Below, one piece after another: positions 23,960 to 38,164 of a DNA stretch of 64,000 nucleotides. The position numbers and the translations under genes are program-made. A model generated the notes under the pieces. That model saw nothing but the letters and a program-made list of their open reading frames with translations. It ran no database searches and had not been told where the DNA came from. The stretch's first letter is position 1; the number at the start of each line of letters is the position of its first letter. This DNA comes from Blasia pusilla (Eukaryota), in assembly GCA_050084515.1 (NCBI GenBank), contig CM114271.1:11346001-11410000 (forward strand). Direction: 5' to 3'.

Positions 23960-26900
23960 TGTACTACAGGTTGGTAGTGACTTGCTAGGAGGGAGATGAC
24001 CTGTGTGTACATGTCACCCATGGAGGTGCCAAGAGGATGAAGCTCATCTAGAGCTCATCTCAAGCGATGTTCTTCCAATCGAATTGGACTCTCACATGAG
24101 GAGAGCTTCTTAGGGAGGTTTGATCTTCGTCTACAGCCGCAAAATTCAAGAAACAAGTATCGAGGCCAACCTAAAATTGGACTCCGGACGATTGGAGGGC
24201 AACTTATATGCTTCTTGCCGCTCCTGAGTATGAATATGATACCGACCTGTTGGTGAAGCACGAGGACCTAATGGCGCTAGGATGTGTGACGTCGGACCGC
24301 TTAGGACAGAATGGCTATAAAGCTACATCCTTGTCCCTAATCTTGTTTGGAAAATTTTACAAGCACTTGATGACCTTGTTCCATCTTGCCCGTTCTTACT
24401 ACTAGACTAATAAGCTTGTCAAGATGTGCTATGTGCTGTGGAATCAACATTTGGAACTTGAAGCACCAGGTGTAAACTTCGCTGCCTTCTTGGATGGACA
24501 AGTGCGAGGAATGATCGAAATGCTTCATTCGAGTACAAAGTCTTTCCTATCGCCTTTCTTAATTCAATTTTATATTCATAAGCAAAAGATGTCGGCTGAA
24601 GAGGCGCTCAATTGGATTCAATTGACTCCGGTGCGCATGCCAAAAACTGGTGACACTTGTGCTTCAGGGAGCCACAAAGTCTTGCATACTCACAAAGCAA
24701 GTAGAAGGCGACACCTTCCTAGTTCTTCTTCAGGCAAAGACGAAGATCGACCCGAAGTACCAAGACCAAAGCTCGGTTGGTTAGATTTCAGATTCCGTTG
24801 GACAAGGACCCTGCACCGCCGGAGGAACTTGTCGAGACATCCAACAGTAGCGACGCCTCCCTCACTATTCGTCAAATGCCAAGGACTGCAACGCATCTTT
24901 TGTGGTTCTTGAATCTTGCCATTCTAGTCATGAACCATCTGCAGAAGGTAATACCCCTAGGCGATGAGGTAGGAGCGGATTAGTATATCCAAGAAGTGAA
25001 TGACTTAGATAGCACCACACTATCTTCCTCTGAGAAAAAAGCACAGCAAAGCATGTTACAACACCAGATGGAGCTTCGCATTCAAGAGCTCGATGACACA
25101 AAGGCGACGCTTCGTAAAGCTCAAGCCAAATTGGTGCAAGCACAATATGAATCCTCGAATGCGCGATAGTGAGAAAGCTTGGCAATTAATATTGAGTGTG
25201 GGCAGATCACTTACATGCACAAGTAAAGCAGGCTTCGCAGCTGATTCGGCAGTATCAACAACAAGTGGATATTCTACAAACGGAGATCAAGAAAGTAGCA
25301 AGGCATAATGCCCAGATTTCCAAGTTACTCCAAGATTAGCAAGAAACCAACACCGACTTGATGGCACAATGGTCGGAAGCCACAGGAAGGATCTAAGTCT
25401 TGGAAGCAAAACAGAAGCTTCTGAACGAAGTTCAGTTGGACCCTGAAGATGCTAAGGAGATAGTGGAAGAGGCAGTGAAGAAATTCAAACAACAGATGAT
25501 AGAAGAGCTAGAATAAGTCAACAAACATTGGAAACGCCAGTTCGACAACTATGTGAAGCCACTTCCCGAAGTTTCACCAACCATTACGATAGAACTTGAA
25601 GAACTCACTCCGTTTACACCACCTGATGTACTAGTCCAGAACAAAGTGCTTGGGTCTTTGTTGGTCATTGTTAAGTGGAGGGAGAATTTGAGGAACCACA
25701 CGCCCAACATCATCAAAAAACCTTCGACTATTCAAGGCCGTTTTCCTCCTGTAGTTGAGTTTGAAGGATTAGAAGATACATTTATGGACTTAGATGTAGA
25801 ACCTTGAGGTGTTCTCTGGGCGGCTCACATTTGAGGGAGGAGGTATGCGATACCCATAATTTTGCAATTTTGAAGATTAACACATTTTTGTATTCAACCG
25901 GAGTATAGATCTCTTCGAGAATGAAGACTCTTTGAAGTAAAGTTTGTATATACAAGGTTGTCTTGAATATTAGTTTTTCCATTGGAAGAAGGAGGAGTAT
26001 TGGAGTGGATCATGAAGCTCCTAGGATAAGGCAGAGAGATGAAAAATCAAGGATTTGCCTGGAGGAGAGGGAAATGAATTTACGAAGTCTAAAGACCAAG
26101 AGTAAAGCTTGGCAAAGACAACAAAGCCTAATAAAAAAACCTGTTTATGAAGTACTTCGCTCTTCAATGAAGCACCAAGACGAGGCAGCAATGCTTCGCG
26201 GAAGAATGAAGAGGGAAAAACAACGCACTTGGAACAAGCGCAAAGAATGCAACGCTTCGTCTTGGAAAGAAGAGGAAGAGCTTCATCTTTGAAGGAAGAA
26301 GAAGATGTCCCGTCTGCGTAGTGAAGATAAGACTATCCGTGATTCCAAGCGGCACACCGTTAGAGTAGTTAGGCTAGGAAGAGGCATGCCTTTCTGGACT
26401 AGATAAGAAGTTAGAACCGTTATGACCAGTGGATTCATAGGGATCATAGGAAAAGATAAGAGAACCGTAGATCAAAGTAGTCAAAGATCCCAATAGGTAT
26501 TTGCTTAACAAGGAACGCTTAAGTTCTTTAGGACTATTACCGTTTGGAAGGATATTTAAAGATCATCAATGTAGTTATCAACATCATTCTCTTACGATGT
26601 CTTGATGGTATTGGAATGGTCCGAGCAAGGGAGTAGTACCCTCTGGTGCTTGTATACACTTTGAAGCTTTCTATTCTTGATGGAAGAGTAAAGAACGCAT
26701 TTCTTCATTCTGATGTGCGATTCATATGTTTGAGAATTCTTATTGGGTCTATAGAGTAAGGAGTGGATCGGGAGAGCAAATTTCACCAATAGAATAATCA
26801 ACATCGAGATAAGAGAAATCTTTTTGATAGAGAGTAGCTTGCCAAGACGGATTGAGTTCCGAAAGTAGGAGAAGTTATCTCGTTGATGAGATCTCTATGA

Positions 26901-27060
26901 GGTTCTTTGGTGTTGAGTGAAGATTTGTCTAAGCATGAATTCAATTCCACTTGAGAGAATCAAGAAAGGAAATCTTGGTACTAATGAAGAGAAGAATACA
27001 ATGATAACTGATTAAATCCGAACTATATACACTTAACTACAACTATTACAAGATAAACGA
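23960..27060 (+). mobile_element. 3' fragment of an Athila-like Gypsy element: degenerate extra ORF, PPT and probable LTR from about 25846
   Basis: 24208-24900 encodes a homologue of ORF 38165-39682 (LVKHEDLMALGC..DRLGQNGYK; NKLVKMCYVLWNQHL). PPT gagggaggagg at 25833-25843. Confidence 0.7.
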
Positions 27061-27129
27061 AAACTTAAACTCTCTTTTCAGATAATTGTGATCCTCTTGG
27101 GGATTTAACTCATTAAATTATCCTAAAAA

Positions 27130-28340
27130 AATCAACAATATGTCTGATACTCAAAAAATAATCATTGATGCTCTGCTATCCTTTTCTCACTTCGTTCAAT
27201 TATTGTTTTAATTGAAGCTTTCTGGCCTTTGTAGATGTTTGGAACAACTTTTCCAATGCATCACAGGCCTCCTTTGTACTATCAACATCTTGAATGTGAC
27301 CAATCATTAGCGAACGGATTGTTGTTGAAATGTAGTGGATTACTTGCATTGCGCGTTTGTTCCAAGCGCAAACATTCAAGTCTGTTGAGTCACATTTTGG
27401 CTTAGCCTCATCACCTGTGACAAGCTCCCATAGTTCTTGACTCATGAGAAATTGTTTCATGAAAAAATTCCAAACACTGTAATTATGCTTATCTAGCTTC
27501 TCGCCTATGATTGTTGTTGAGGAATACTCCATGACGAAGGATTTCACTCAAAAAAATACAATTTCAGGCTCTTCATAACTCCAATTCAAGCATATACCAC
27601 TCCCATATAGAAATTGACCAACTATATGAAAGAACTAGTCAAAATTCGCATGTAGAGAGCAAACCGTAGACCTTTTCTTCACTAATTGCACTTTCCTACA
27701 TTGTAAGTGCTACTGCATGAGTTCAGAATGTCAAAATCAAGCGATTTTGGATGCGTTGGAAAGCTCTCAACGAGTTCTATAAGATGGTTAGAACAAGTCT
27801 TCAAAATTATTATGAATGATACGGACCCAGATGGCTAAATCAACCGGAAAAGCCGTAAAAAATGCCTCCAAAGTTTTATCACCGTCAAAGTTCCATCTGA
27901 AATTTGCACCCACTGAGCTCTGAACAAAATTTCTTTCTTCCAAACTGAAATTTTGCCTTCTCTTGCCTCTCTTCTCTCCTCAAACACCAAGAATTTCAAG
28001 TGATGTTCTCCTATCGCTCTGATACCATGTAGAAAATTGCTAAAGAAGCATAACTCGCGGAAAACGACTCTCACACTTGCACACAATCATGGAGAATAAA
28101 ATTTTGCAATGAGAGAATGAGTGGAGGTTGGTCTCCTTCTCAATTATGTAGGGTATGTACAAGCAACCCTAACCCTAATCTTAACCATAGTCTCAAGTTA
28201 GACTAACTTTGATTAACTAACCCTAGTTAAAATAATCGTGCTTAACTGACTAACCAAGATTAAGCTTCCCGTGTTTGTATGAGTACCAGATATAGCAGTT
28301 CAGGTGTCTGAGAAGCTTGACTGTAACTCAATCTTCAATA
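27130..28340 (-). mobile_element. Ty1/Copia 5' fragment: LTR (28028-28340), tRNA-iMet PBS (28016-28027), gag N-terminus (27200-27547)
   Basis: PBS tggtatcagagc on the minus strand; gag EKLDKHNYSVW..MKQFLMSQELWELVTG...ACDALEKLF. Confidence 0.88.
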
Positions 28341-29620
28341 CATATGTGGGCCAATAGCTTGTCGATGGATGTATGTTATGGAACGATACATAGGGTACAT
28401 GAAGATGTATGTGAGATCTATGGCTCGTCCTGAGGGATGTATTGCTACATTAAGGATGAAGCACTAGGTTTTGTAACAGAGTATATGAGGTGGTTTGAGG
28501 ATGTTAGGACCCAAGTCTGGGATGCTGAAGAGGATGATGGAGTGGATGGTGAAGGGCTTAAGGGAGCAGGAGTGCCTATTCGGTTATCATCAGAGATGAT
28601 GAACTTAGCACATGACTACGTCTTACATAATACTGAGGCTATGGTTGAATGGATAAAATAAATTAACAATGATTTTTCCACAAAGTGTTTCTCAGGTCTT
28701 TTATTCTACAAGGGAAGATGCGTCATGATCATCTCAAGAATTTATTGGAGGAAAGTTAGTTTAACCAAGTGGCTGACAATACATGTTATTGTATATGGAT
28801 GAACAAGAAATATGAAGCAACATCTACTAACATACCTTTCGCTCAATGGATAAGGGCTACTCTCATCCAAGATTAGTTAGATAGGTTAGGAGTGATGGAC
28901 ACTCAAGTGCATGCCTTGTCAATCCCTCCTCGTTGAAAGGTGCTTTCATACAAAAGCATGAAAGCTTATAGAAATCATGATAGAGTAGAGGGACCGCATG
29001 GTGTTAGTACATTCTCTACTTACAAAAATGGGATCAGAGCTATATTTGTTGCTGATTCCAAAAGTGTTCAAAATTGTGCACATTCGTATGTCGGGGTATT
29101 GGTAGAGATACTTGCTTTGGATTATGGAATTTTGGGCCAACATATTATATTTATGAGAGGGAAGTGGGTGAGTTCAAATGGGGGAGGAAGAAATCCTTCA
29201 ATGAACATGGAAAAGAAAGGATTCGTTCTTGCTAACTTGAAATCATGTGACCCTCTTAACCACCAGCCATTTGTGTTTCCATCCCAAGTTGAGCAGGTAT
29301 TTTATGGGGATTGCCTTGAGGGTGACGGGTGGAGAGTAGTCTTAAAGAAGGAAGCTAGATCTCACCGATTTTTTTGGCAATAAGAAATCAAAAGAGCATG
29401 GGATATACCATGGAGTGATTTTCCTAGTCTCTTAGTGCCTCTTTCAGAACCTCGAGGTTTAAAAGTGACCAATACTCTTGGAGCAAGGGAGTTGACAGAT
29501 TCAAAGCTTATTGTAGCTTGAGGAGATGTTCAACATGTCCCTATTATTCATGTTTCGGACGAGGTTGAAATAAAAAAAGAGGATCTAGATTCAGAAGAGG
29601 ATGAAGGGGGGTAGGATTAA
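28341..29620 (+). mobile_element. CACTA/En-Spm transposase C-terminal remnant (DUF4218- and DUF4216-like)
   Basis: CGPIACRWMYVMERYIGYMKMYVRSMARPEGCI; YVGVLVEILALDYG; QPFVFPSQVEQVFY...WRVV. Confidence 0.88.
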
Positions 29621-29644
29621 TTTTTTTGGTATGCAAGCTATATG

Positions 29645-30387
29645 ATAGCCCCTCATGCCATACAGTGTCGTATGCCTTCTTGAGATCCAAGAAGAAGCAA
29701 TAGGTGTGTTTTCCCTCTTTTTTCCTACCCTAGATAATCTGACTGAAGGTGAAGATGTGATTCATCCATCCTCGGGCTTGTCGGAAGCTATCATGGCCTT
29801 CCTTGATGAAGCAATTCTCCTCTAGGTACAAGGAGATCCTGTTGTTGAGTATAAGGTAGAGAAGCCTTGAGAGAAGCTTCCCAACTACACTCAACAATGT
29901 AATACCCCTATAGTTTCCAAGGTCTTCTCGTTCACCCTTCTTAAAGAGGTTCACCATGACTCCCACCTGCCACCTTTGTGGAATGACTTCTGCTCACCAA
30001 ACCAGGTTGAAGAGACTCACTAGCTAACGAGCCACAGCAGTGTCGACATATTTCAATCACTCATTCACAAGTTCACCACCACTGCCTACTTTGTGGTTCA
30101 CAAGTTCTTTCATCGTTGCTCCCACCTCAGCTAGGGAGAACCAATCATTATATGGGTTGCCTAATTCAACCTTATCATCTACCTTCTCCCGTTGTATCTT
30201 AAAAAAATCCTCAAAGTTCAAAGTTCTGCTCTTCAAGGGATGTCTGAGGGGGTTTCCTACGTAAGTCCTTGTAATGGTCTTCCAACACATGTCCGATCTG
30301 TTTAGCAGTGGTCGCCATCCCACCGTCTATTCTCTTCAGGGCCTTTACGTCATTTTTGTCCCTGGCCTTGCTCAATTTCTACACTTC
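29645..30387 (-). mobile_element. LINE (APE-type, RTE/CR1-like) RT N-terminal fragment
   Basis: VNLFKKGEREDLGNYRGITLLSVVGKL, FRQARG..NHIFT, and FLDLKKAYDTVW at about 29700-29657. Confidence 0.88.
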
Positions 30388-31925
30388 TGTAGTGCCCACG
30401 TTTTTGAAATTTTGACAGAAAGAGCATTTTTTGTAAATAATTCTTCCTTGAGTGAAGACTAAAGACTCAATACCAGAGGTAAAGATGCATACTTTACCAA
30501 AATTGTGTGAAAACAAGTAAAACTCTGTTACCCTAGGCCGTTAACTCTAATGAGAGGACAAGAGATACTAAGGGATTAAGGACTGTCTTGTAAGAGTGAG
30601 AATTGTGTAAAACTAGGAAAAGATAGGAAAAGAAACTAGAATAAGAGGTGCGGGTACTTCGCAAGGAAGACCGCACTAGGAATAGTGGTGAAGACTGTCA
30701 ACGAAGACTCAAAAAATCCTCTTTGTAAAAGAAGACTGAAGGTGGTCTTTGTGCAAAGACTGGGTACAAAGAGCAAAGACCGAAGACCCAAGAGCAAAGA
30801 CTAAGAACTCTAAGAAGGAAGAGGAAGAAGAAGAGGAATTAAAGAATCTTCACAAAGCAGAAAGGTGTATAAAGAATAGGAAATAGAGAAAATGTTTTTG
30901 AAGAAAGCGGATTGAAAGGAAATTGCAAGGAGGACTCTTCGTGGCGACAAAAGCATAAGAGTCTTCACGAAGATAGGATCGCGAAGATAGGACAGCAAAG
31001 AGCACGAAGACTATGAAGACCAAACCGTCACGGCAATTTCGGAAGCAAGAAATGGAGCGGCGCAGCAGTTCAGGAGGAAGTAGAAATGAATTGCCAAGGA
31101 AACCAACCAACTTAGGAAGGTGAAGGGTTGGAGAATTTGAATCGAGGAGGTTAGGATTATTAGTTAGAAATCTAGAGTAGAATAGGAAGATCAATCAAGA
31201 ATTGTAAAAGACTATTTAAAGAGCAAATTAGAAGAAGAAGGGATCATTCCCTTGTGTCCTGAATTCCCCAATACTGTGGGTGAAAGTCATTTCCTTATAT
31301 CTGGAGTTTCCTAGTTGTCTTGGTGGGTTATGTAAGGAGTTCTATGAGAATGATCCAAGCCAAAGAGCCTTACACTATCTGAAGCTTGCAATACTTTCTA
31401 GTTCTTTCCACCCTTCGATAAAGAAGAAGAGTCTTCTCTCATGCTTTCTGATGTGCGGAGTTGGGTGTAAAATCTTATTGGGCTGCAGTAGGCATGAGAG
31501 TTGAGTCTTGTGATTTCAAAATTCCAGAAGAATCAAGAAGAGCATAGGAAAGTTGTTAGACAGTGAATAACCTGCCACGACACATTCTGTTCTGAAAGTA
31601 GGGTGAGCCGCCATTCTTGAGGTCTCTTAGAAATCTATGTTGGAACTTTTTTTATCTGAGACTCAAAAGAGTCTTTGTCTGCACTTGAGAAGATTCTTTT
31701 CCAAGATGGAAGAAAATCCTTGTATTCTTTTGTACTTGTAAAGACACTGTAGTTGTAGTTAGTCAGTAAAGTTAGTGAAGAAGGAGTTATTCTTGTTATT
31801 TCTTATAAAACCTCTCTTTACTTAGGAAACGTTGATCTCTTGGGAACGAACTGAATACTTATCGATTAAAGGAGTATCTTTTTTCTTGAGTTGTACATTA
31901 CATAAGGAAATAGGTAAGGAAATTT

Positions 31926-31942
31926 TGGCACCATGCCGGGGA
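31926..31942 (+). promoter_or_regulatory. Primer-binding site, tRNA-Asp type (degenerate)
   Basis: tggcaccatgccgggga versus the Athila-type TGGCGCCGTTGCCGGGGA. Confidence 0.75.
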
Positions 31943-32486
31943 CCACAGGATCTCCCAAGCAAGGAGAGGTAGCGAGAGAGTGGGGTATGGGAGTAGAACA
32001 AGTTGCCGGACCTCCACTTGGTGTAAGATAGGTATTGTAGGCGGAGGATCATCCTGCACAGAGGGTGCTGTGGAAATAAGAAGCTCATCCAAAGAGTCTT
32101 CATTCCCATGTAGTGAAGCCTTGCATGTTGGTGAGGCGTTTAAGATCTCTGGAAGTTTTGGATGGATTAGGAAAGAAGCATTGAAAAGCGGGAGCAAAGA
32201 GCCGAGTGACAAAGAAGAGAGAGAGAAGAGCGACGTGCCTAGAGACCGCTAGGGACACGTGCAAAGAACCGTTCCCCTCTTTGTCCAAAGCCTCCTGGGC
32301 AAAGACGAGAAAGGAGGAAGTCGCCTATGCCTCTTGATTCACCACCAAAGACAGACCCAAAAGAGGAGTGGGATCGGTCCGACCTCAAAAGTTGAGACAA
32401 AGAGAAGGATAATAGTACCACATGGGACTTGCCTTTCCCATCAGGTGGCGGAAGTCCTCTCAGTAGCAAAGACAACAAACTACTAA

Positions 32487-35400
32487 TGGCACAACCATCC
32501 AAGTTGCTGGTGAGGTACCCCACCTTTGCTAGAAGCAAGAAGGATGATGCGGATGACTTTATTCTGAAGTTTACCCATGTAGCAAAAGCAAATGGAGAAG
32601 GATTGGAGGAAGATCTTCGTAGAGTCTTTCTTGGACTCTTAAAGAAGGGTGCCACTCAGTGGTATGAGGGAATAGAAGCTGAACACATGGAAACTTGGGA
32701 AGCCCTGCTTAAGGCGTTCCTTCATGAGTTTCGGGACCTGGAATTTAATGATCGCTTACTTACAAAGCTTTGTGATTTCAAGAGGAGGAAGAAAGAGACT
32801 TTGAGACTCAAAGATTTCGCAGCTTGGTTGGCAAGCTGGAGCACACCACTATGTCACAGTTGGTGGATTGGTATGTGTCGGGTCTATCAAGGAGATGGAT
32901 GGTTATGTCACAGAGGGCAAAGAGACTCCTTAGCAGCGGTCATCGCCTGTGTAGAAGCCAACAAGGCCTTGGAAAAGTCCAGAGGACACGGAAGAAGAGA
33001 CATCAAAGGAAACGGACTAGTTCTTTGTCCGAAGAGTCTTCGTCTTCGTCTTCGTTCGAATCTTCAGATACCTCGTCAGGCAGTACCAGCAAAGACTCAG
33101 AGTCTAAGGAAGACTCCAAGGGCAAAAGCAAGAAGAAAGCAAGATGCCCAAAATAGTCTTCGTCCTCAGGGAAAGGGCGTAAGGACAAGAGCGTGAAGAC
33201 CAAGAGCCGTAGATCTGTGAGTCTCGCGCGCAAGACTAAGAAGGATGGGGAGAAGTCCGCCATTAGCAAATTGATGAAGCAAATGGCCGAACTAAAGGTA
33301 TACCTAGCAACCCAAAAGGATCCTAGAAGAAGGCTATGACTTATGTGGCCTAACATATGGTGTGAATCCTGTGGGACTCAGGGGCATACAGCGCGTGAGT
33401 GCCCGCTTCAACAAGATTTACATTGGATCTAAGAAGACCCATCTATGGAGGAGGGATGGTATCAAGCACATTTGTGGGAGGGATGCTACGCAGTCCAGGA
33501 AGTTCCTGGAGCCAGTACTCCTCGCAGCTGGATTCCTAGATACGTACCGCCCGAGTATGGAGAGCAGAGGCTTTGACGTTAGATCATGGGACCCGCAACA
33601 TTCACCCCACCAATCAAGAGAAAGTGCTTCTTTAATTTTGGGGCAGCCGATGACTGGGCGAACAACTATCCAAACCCAAAGAGACTAGTGGGGTTGAATC
33701 TCCTCTGTGGCAATTGTAAGAAGGGAGGACACACTGCCGTGGAGTGCTTGGAGCCTCAAGTTCCAAGACTCTTGGTCAAATATGTAACTACCCCACCCGC
33801 GCCGATAGAAGGCAAGAATGATGTTAATGTGCAGCTAGTACACGTAGAAGATGTCACTTCACCAAGGGAGACAAGGAGGGTGATTATTAAGGAGGAAGAA
33901 CCTGCAAGGAAGATCGGGGAAGAGTCCTCAGATTGGCCCAAAGACATCCTCAACGAGGTCTTTGGATTGGAAATCAGATCAAAGAATAAGAAGACTGCCT
34001 TGGCGAAGACCCAAGAGTCTTCGTCTTCATGAAGCAAACAGGCTACAAAGAAAGTAGTTGAGACGTTTCGAGCAGGGAAGGCTATTCTCAAAGGCGATGT
34101 GGACTCAACGTTTGATGGAAATCATCCGAAGTACTTCCACTATGAGGTGGAGAAGCAGGTCCGCAGCTAAGTCCATGAGGAGCAAATAAGTGCAGCTTTA
34201 CCTAAAGATTCCTCGACCAAGCAAGAAGAACCCGGGTTGGAGACCTCGGTGGCTTCCCCGCTGGTGATGGAAGCCTATGACTTGCTGAATATTTGGCAGC
34301 CATTCGAGCAAACATATCCCTGTTGCAACTACTCATGGATAATCCCATTAACAGGAAGATTTTGCAGCAGTGGAAAGTGGGACACAAGAAGAAGATAGGA
34401 GCAAAGAAGCTCCCAGTGGTGGACTTGTTCTGCATAGAAGTTGAAGACCTTGGAGCCCCAGAGATGGAAGTGGAAATTGAGGGGCATACCATCAAGAAGG
34501 TCCCTATTGATTCGGGAGGCGGGATCAACATTATGACAGATCAAACCGCTCAGGCCTTGGGTTACACTAAGTACGAGCCCACACATAAGTACTTATGCTT
34601 TGCAGATGAGTCTTGTAAGTGACCATTGGGACAACTTACTCAGATTCCCACCCTGATAGGAGGAGTGCTATTCTTACTAGACTATCTTGTCCTTCAGCCT
34701 TTGACGGTCACACTGTACCCCCTACTAATCGGAAGACCTTGGCTCTATAGGGCTCAAGTCAACACGGATTGGGAAAGACAAAGATTCACTTTCCAAGCAC
34801 CATACAGTACTCCAAAGAAGCTGGTAAAGTTTTCTTGGAAGTCTCGGCCTTCTCAATGAGAGACACCCGCTACGGATGAGGGTATACTTCGGATCAAGGC
34901 TCGGCAGCTGACATAGAGTCCTCGTCCTATGTGTGCTATCTGGAATGTTATGAGATAGATGAAGAGTCCTACAGCTAGAGCAGAGTAAGTCCTTCCCTAG
35001 AGAAGAGCCAGTCGGGCTCACTACCTATCAATTTACGGAGAAGATGGTGCAAGAGGAAGACTACCAAGAAGTCCTTATCTCCAACACTTAGGCCTTGCGT
35101 CTGTCTACAGATTTGTCTACTTCTGAACTTTCACAACATAAGACCTTACTTGCACAATACCTTGATGTGTTTGCCTACGCCATGGATGAGATGAAAGGAG
35201 TGCCAGCCAAGTATGGGTAACATAGGATTGATCATAAGCCCGGTACAATTCCGGTGCGGATGCGTCAGTATAGGCTGAATCCCAAGTATTCTTTAATGGT
35301 TAAGGATGAGATTGACCAGTGGTTGGAAGCAAGAGTCATGTATCCTGTGTTGAGTAGTGAATGGGTGTCCCTGATTGTCATTGTACCGAAGAAGCAGTTG

Positions 35401-37830
35401 GGAAAGATCAGGGTTTGTCAAGACTATCGGAAGGTTAATGCAGCCTCCATGAAGGATCATCACCCACTACCTTTTACCGATACTATCTTAGATAAAGTGG
35501 CATGTCATGAGCGCTATATATTCTTGGATAGATATTCACATTACAATCAAGTGTCCATTAGAGAGAAGGGTCGGACCGTGACCACCTTCACTATGGATTA
35601 AGGCACTTTTGCCTATCGAGTGATGCCTTTTGGGTTGTGCAACGCCCCAGCCACTTTCCAAAGAATGATGATTTCTATCTTTCAAGAGTTCTTGCAAAGA
35701 TTCATAGAGATCTTCCTGGATGACTTTTGTGTCTTTAGCTCGGCAGCCAAGCATTTACAAAAGTTGGAGCTGACCATGGCTCGGTGCCAAGAAATCCAGT
35801 TGTCTTTGCACCCAGAGAAATCTTACATTGCAATAAAGCAAGGTATCTTGTTGGGGCATCAAGTGTCCTCGCGCAGTATTGAAGTGGATAAGGCTAAGGT
35901 GGAGATAATTTCAGAGTGGGAAGCTCCCACGAGTCTTCGTGAGCTAAGAGGATTCTTGGGGCATGTAGGGTATTACCTCCGGTTCATTAAAGATTATGCA
36001 CTAAAGGCAAAGCCTTTGACTACCTTACTGAAGAAGACCAAGGAGGTGGAGTGGTCTCCAACTTGTCAAGCTACATTTGAGGAGTTGAAGCAAGCGAAAA
36101 TGACAGCTCCGGTGCCTCTCCCTCCTGACTGGATGAAGACATTCCAGGTGCATGTAGATACCTCTGCGTTTGCAATTGGAGTGGTACTAAGTTAGTTGGA
36201 TGAGAAGAAGAAGGATTACCCCGTCTAGTATGCAGGTCGGAAGCTCTCAATTGTGGAGCTGAAGTACACTATAATGGAGAGAGAGGCCTTAGGAATGGTC
36301 TTCGCTTGCAAGAAGTTCCGGCATTACTTGTTGGGGTACCCTTTTTTTTTCATGTCGACCATTTTGCGCTGCGTGCCTTAGTGGTGAAAGCAGATTTGTC
36401 AGGGAGGATTGCTCGGTGGATTCTCTTGTTACAAGAATTCACATTTGACATGGTAACAAGAGCTGGGAAGGTCCACACCAATGTGTACTTCCTCTTGCGC
36501 TTGAAGGTGCCAAAGACCGATCTCACAAAGACCCTGGAAGACAACTTTCTGGACAAAGATCTGTTCTTAATCAGCGAAAAGTCCCTGCGACAATCTTCGT
36601 ACGAAGACATTCTCTGATTCCTCATCACTCTCAAATTTCCCACCCCTATGACAGTGGAAGAATGGGCAGTGTTTTTACATAAGGTAGGGCCCTATGAGCT
36701 CTGCCAGTATGTGCTATTCAAGCTAGGCATAGATGAAGAATACAGAAGGTGCTTGGAGAAGGAAGAAGTTCCTTGAGTGATTGCTACTATGCATTCGGAG
36801 GATGCAAGAGGACATTATGCAATCAAGAATATTGTCAAGAAGATTTTGGTCGCACACTATTGGTGGCCCACAATGTATCAGGATGTCCGGTTCTTCATCC
36901 TGAAGTGTGATGCTTGTCAAAGAGCAGGAAGGCCGACAGAGACCTCTCGCTGACCTTTGGTTCCTATTCTTCCTTTGGCCCCTTTTGAGAAGTGGGGTAT
37001 TGATGGGATGTATCTCACTAGCCACTAGGCAGACCCACCAAAAATATATCTTAATTGCTAGATATTATTGTACCAAGATGGTGGAAGCAATAGCTACTCG
37101 CAAAGATGACAGTGAGGCAATGGCCAAGTTCTTATATGAAAAGATAATTACCAGATACGCTTGTCCGCTGGAACTGGTAAGCAATCAAGGGACCCATTTT
37201 CTCAACAAGACGGTCGAAGAGTTGACGGATCACTTCTTGATCAAGCATAGGAAGACTGCACCCTACAATCCCAAAGCCAATGGGTTGATAGAGAAGTCCA
37301 ATGGGCTTATTTGCAGGATCTTGAACCGCCTAACTGTCACCTATTCCTATGACTGGGATACCAAGATCCCTGTTGCACTCTGGGCCTACCAAATAGAGGA
37401 AAAAGTCACAACCAAGTACACACCATTCTACTTGATGTATGGGATTCAACCCCTTATTCCCATTGAATGGGATGTGCCCACCTATCGGATTCTGGAAGAG
37501 GAAAGGAACAAAGAAGATTTGGTTATCACCACAAAGAGGAATGAAGACTTGGTAACTGTAGAGGAGGCAAGACATCTTGCTCTTGGCCATACGAAGACAG
37601 TCCAAGCATAAAGAAAGAGACTCTATGACAAGAATCTGCGCCCACAGTCAATACGAGAAGGGGATTTGGTACTACTGTTTGACAATCGCCGTTTGAAGTT
37701 CCCGAGGAAGCTGAAGTTAAATTGGATGGGACCTTATGGAGTCTCGGAAATTTTTTAAAATGGTTCCTTACAATTGGAAACATTAAGGGGGGAAGCATTT
37801 CCAACATGAGTAAACGGCATGCATGTTCGA
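32487..37830 (+). pseudogene. gag-pol pseudogene
   Basis: Gag LKKGATQWY; knuckles CESCGTQGHTAREC and CGNCKKGGHTAVEC; PR IDSGGGINIM; RT MPFGLCNAPATFQR and FLDDF; RH VHVDTSAFAIGVVL; IN SNQGTHF..YNPKANGLIE. Many stops. Confidence 0.93.
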
Positions 37831-38164
37831 AGATATCATGTACCCAACTAAGGGCTGTGGGAGGGGGAATAGGTACACTAGTCCCTTTCCATGCAAAGTG
37901 CATCAAAGACACATGTAAAGACTCCGTAGTATCTTCGGCCAAGCCTACAAAGACTATTGTCTTGGTCTTTGTGTTCTTTATCTTGGTCATCTTTGTCTTT
38001 GTTGTCTTCGCCTTCTCGATCTTCAACTTCTTCGTCTTTGGAGTCTTCGCACTTGATCGCAAAGAGTGCCAAGAGGCCGTTACGGAAGGAGCAGCCGTTA
38101 CGTAAGACTAGCGATTATCAGGTGCACAGAAGCCAAAGAAGGGAGGCAAATCCGCTCACTTCAC

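Noticed and set aside
37722-38105. Hydrophobic ORF resembling an env transmembrane segment
   Set aside because: It arises from a low-complexity (gtctt)-rich spacer between pol and the extra ORF.
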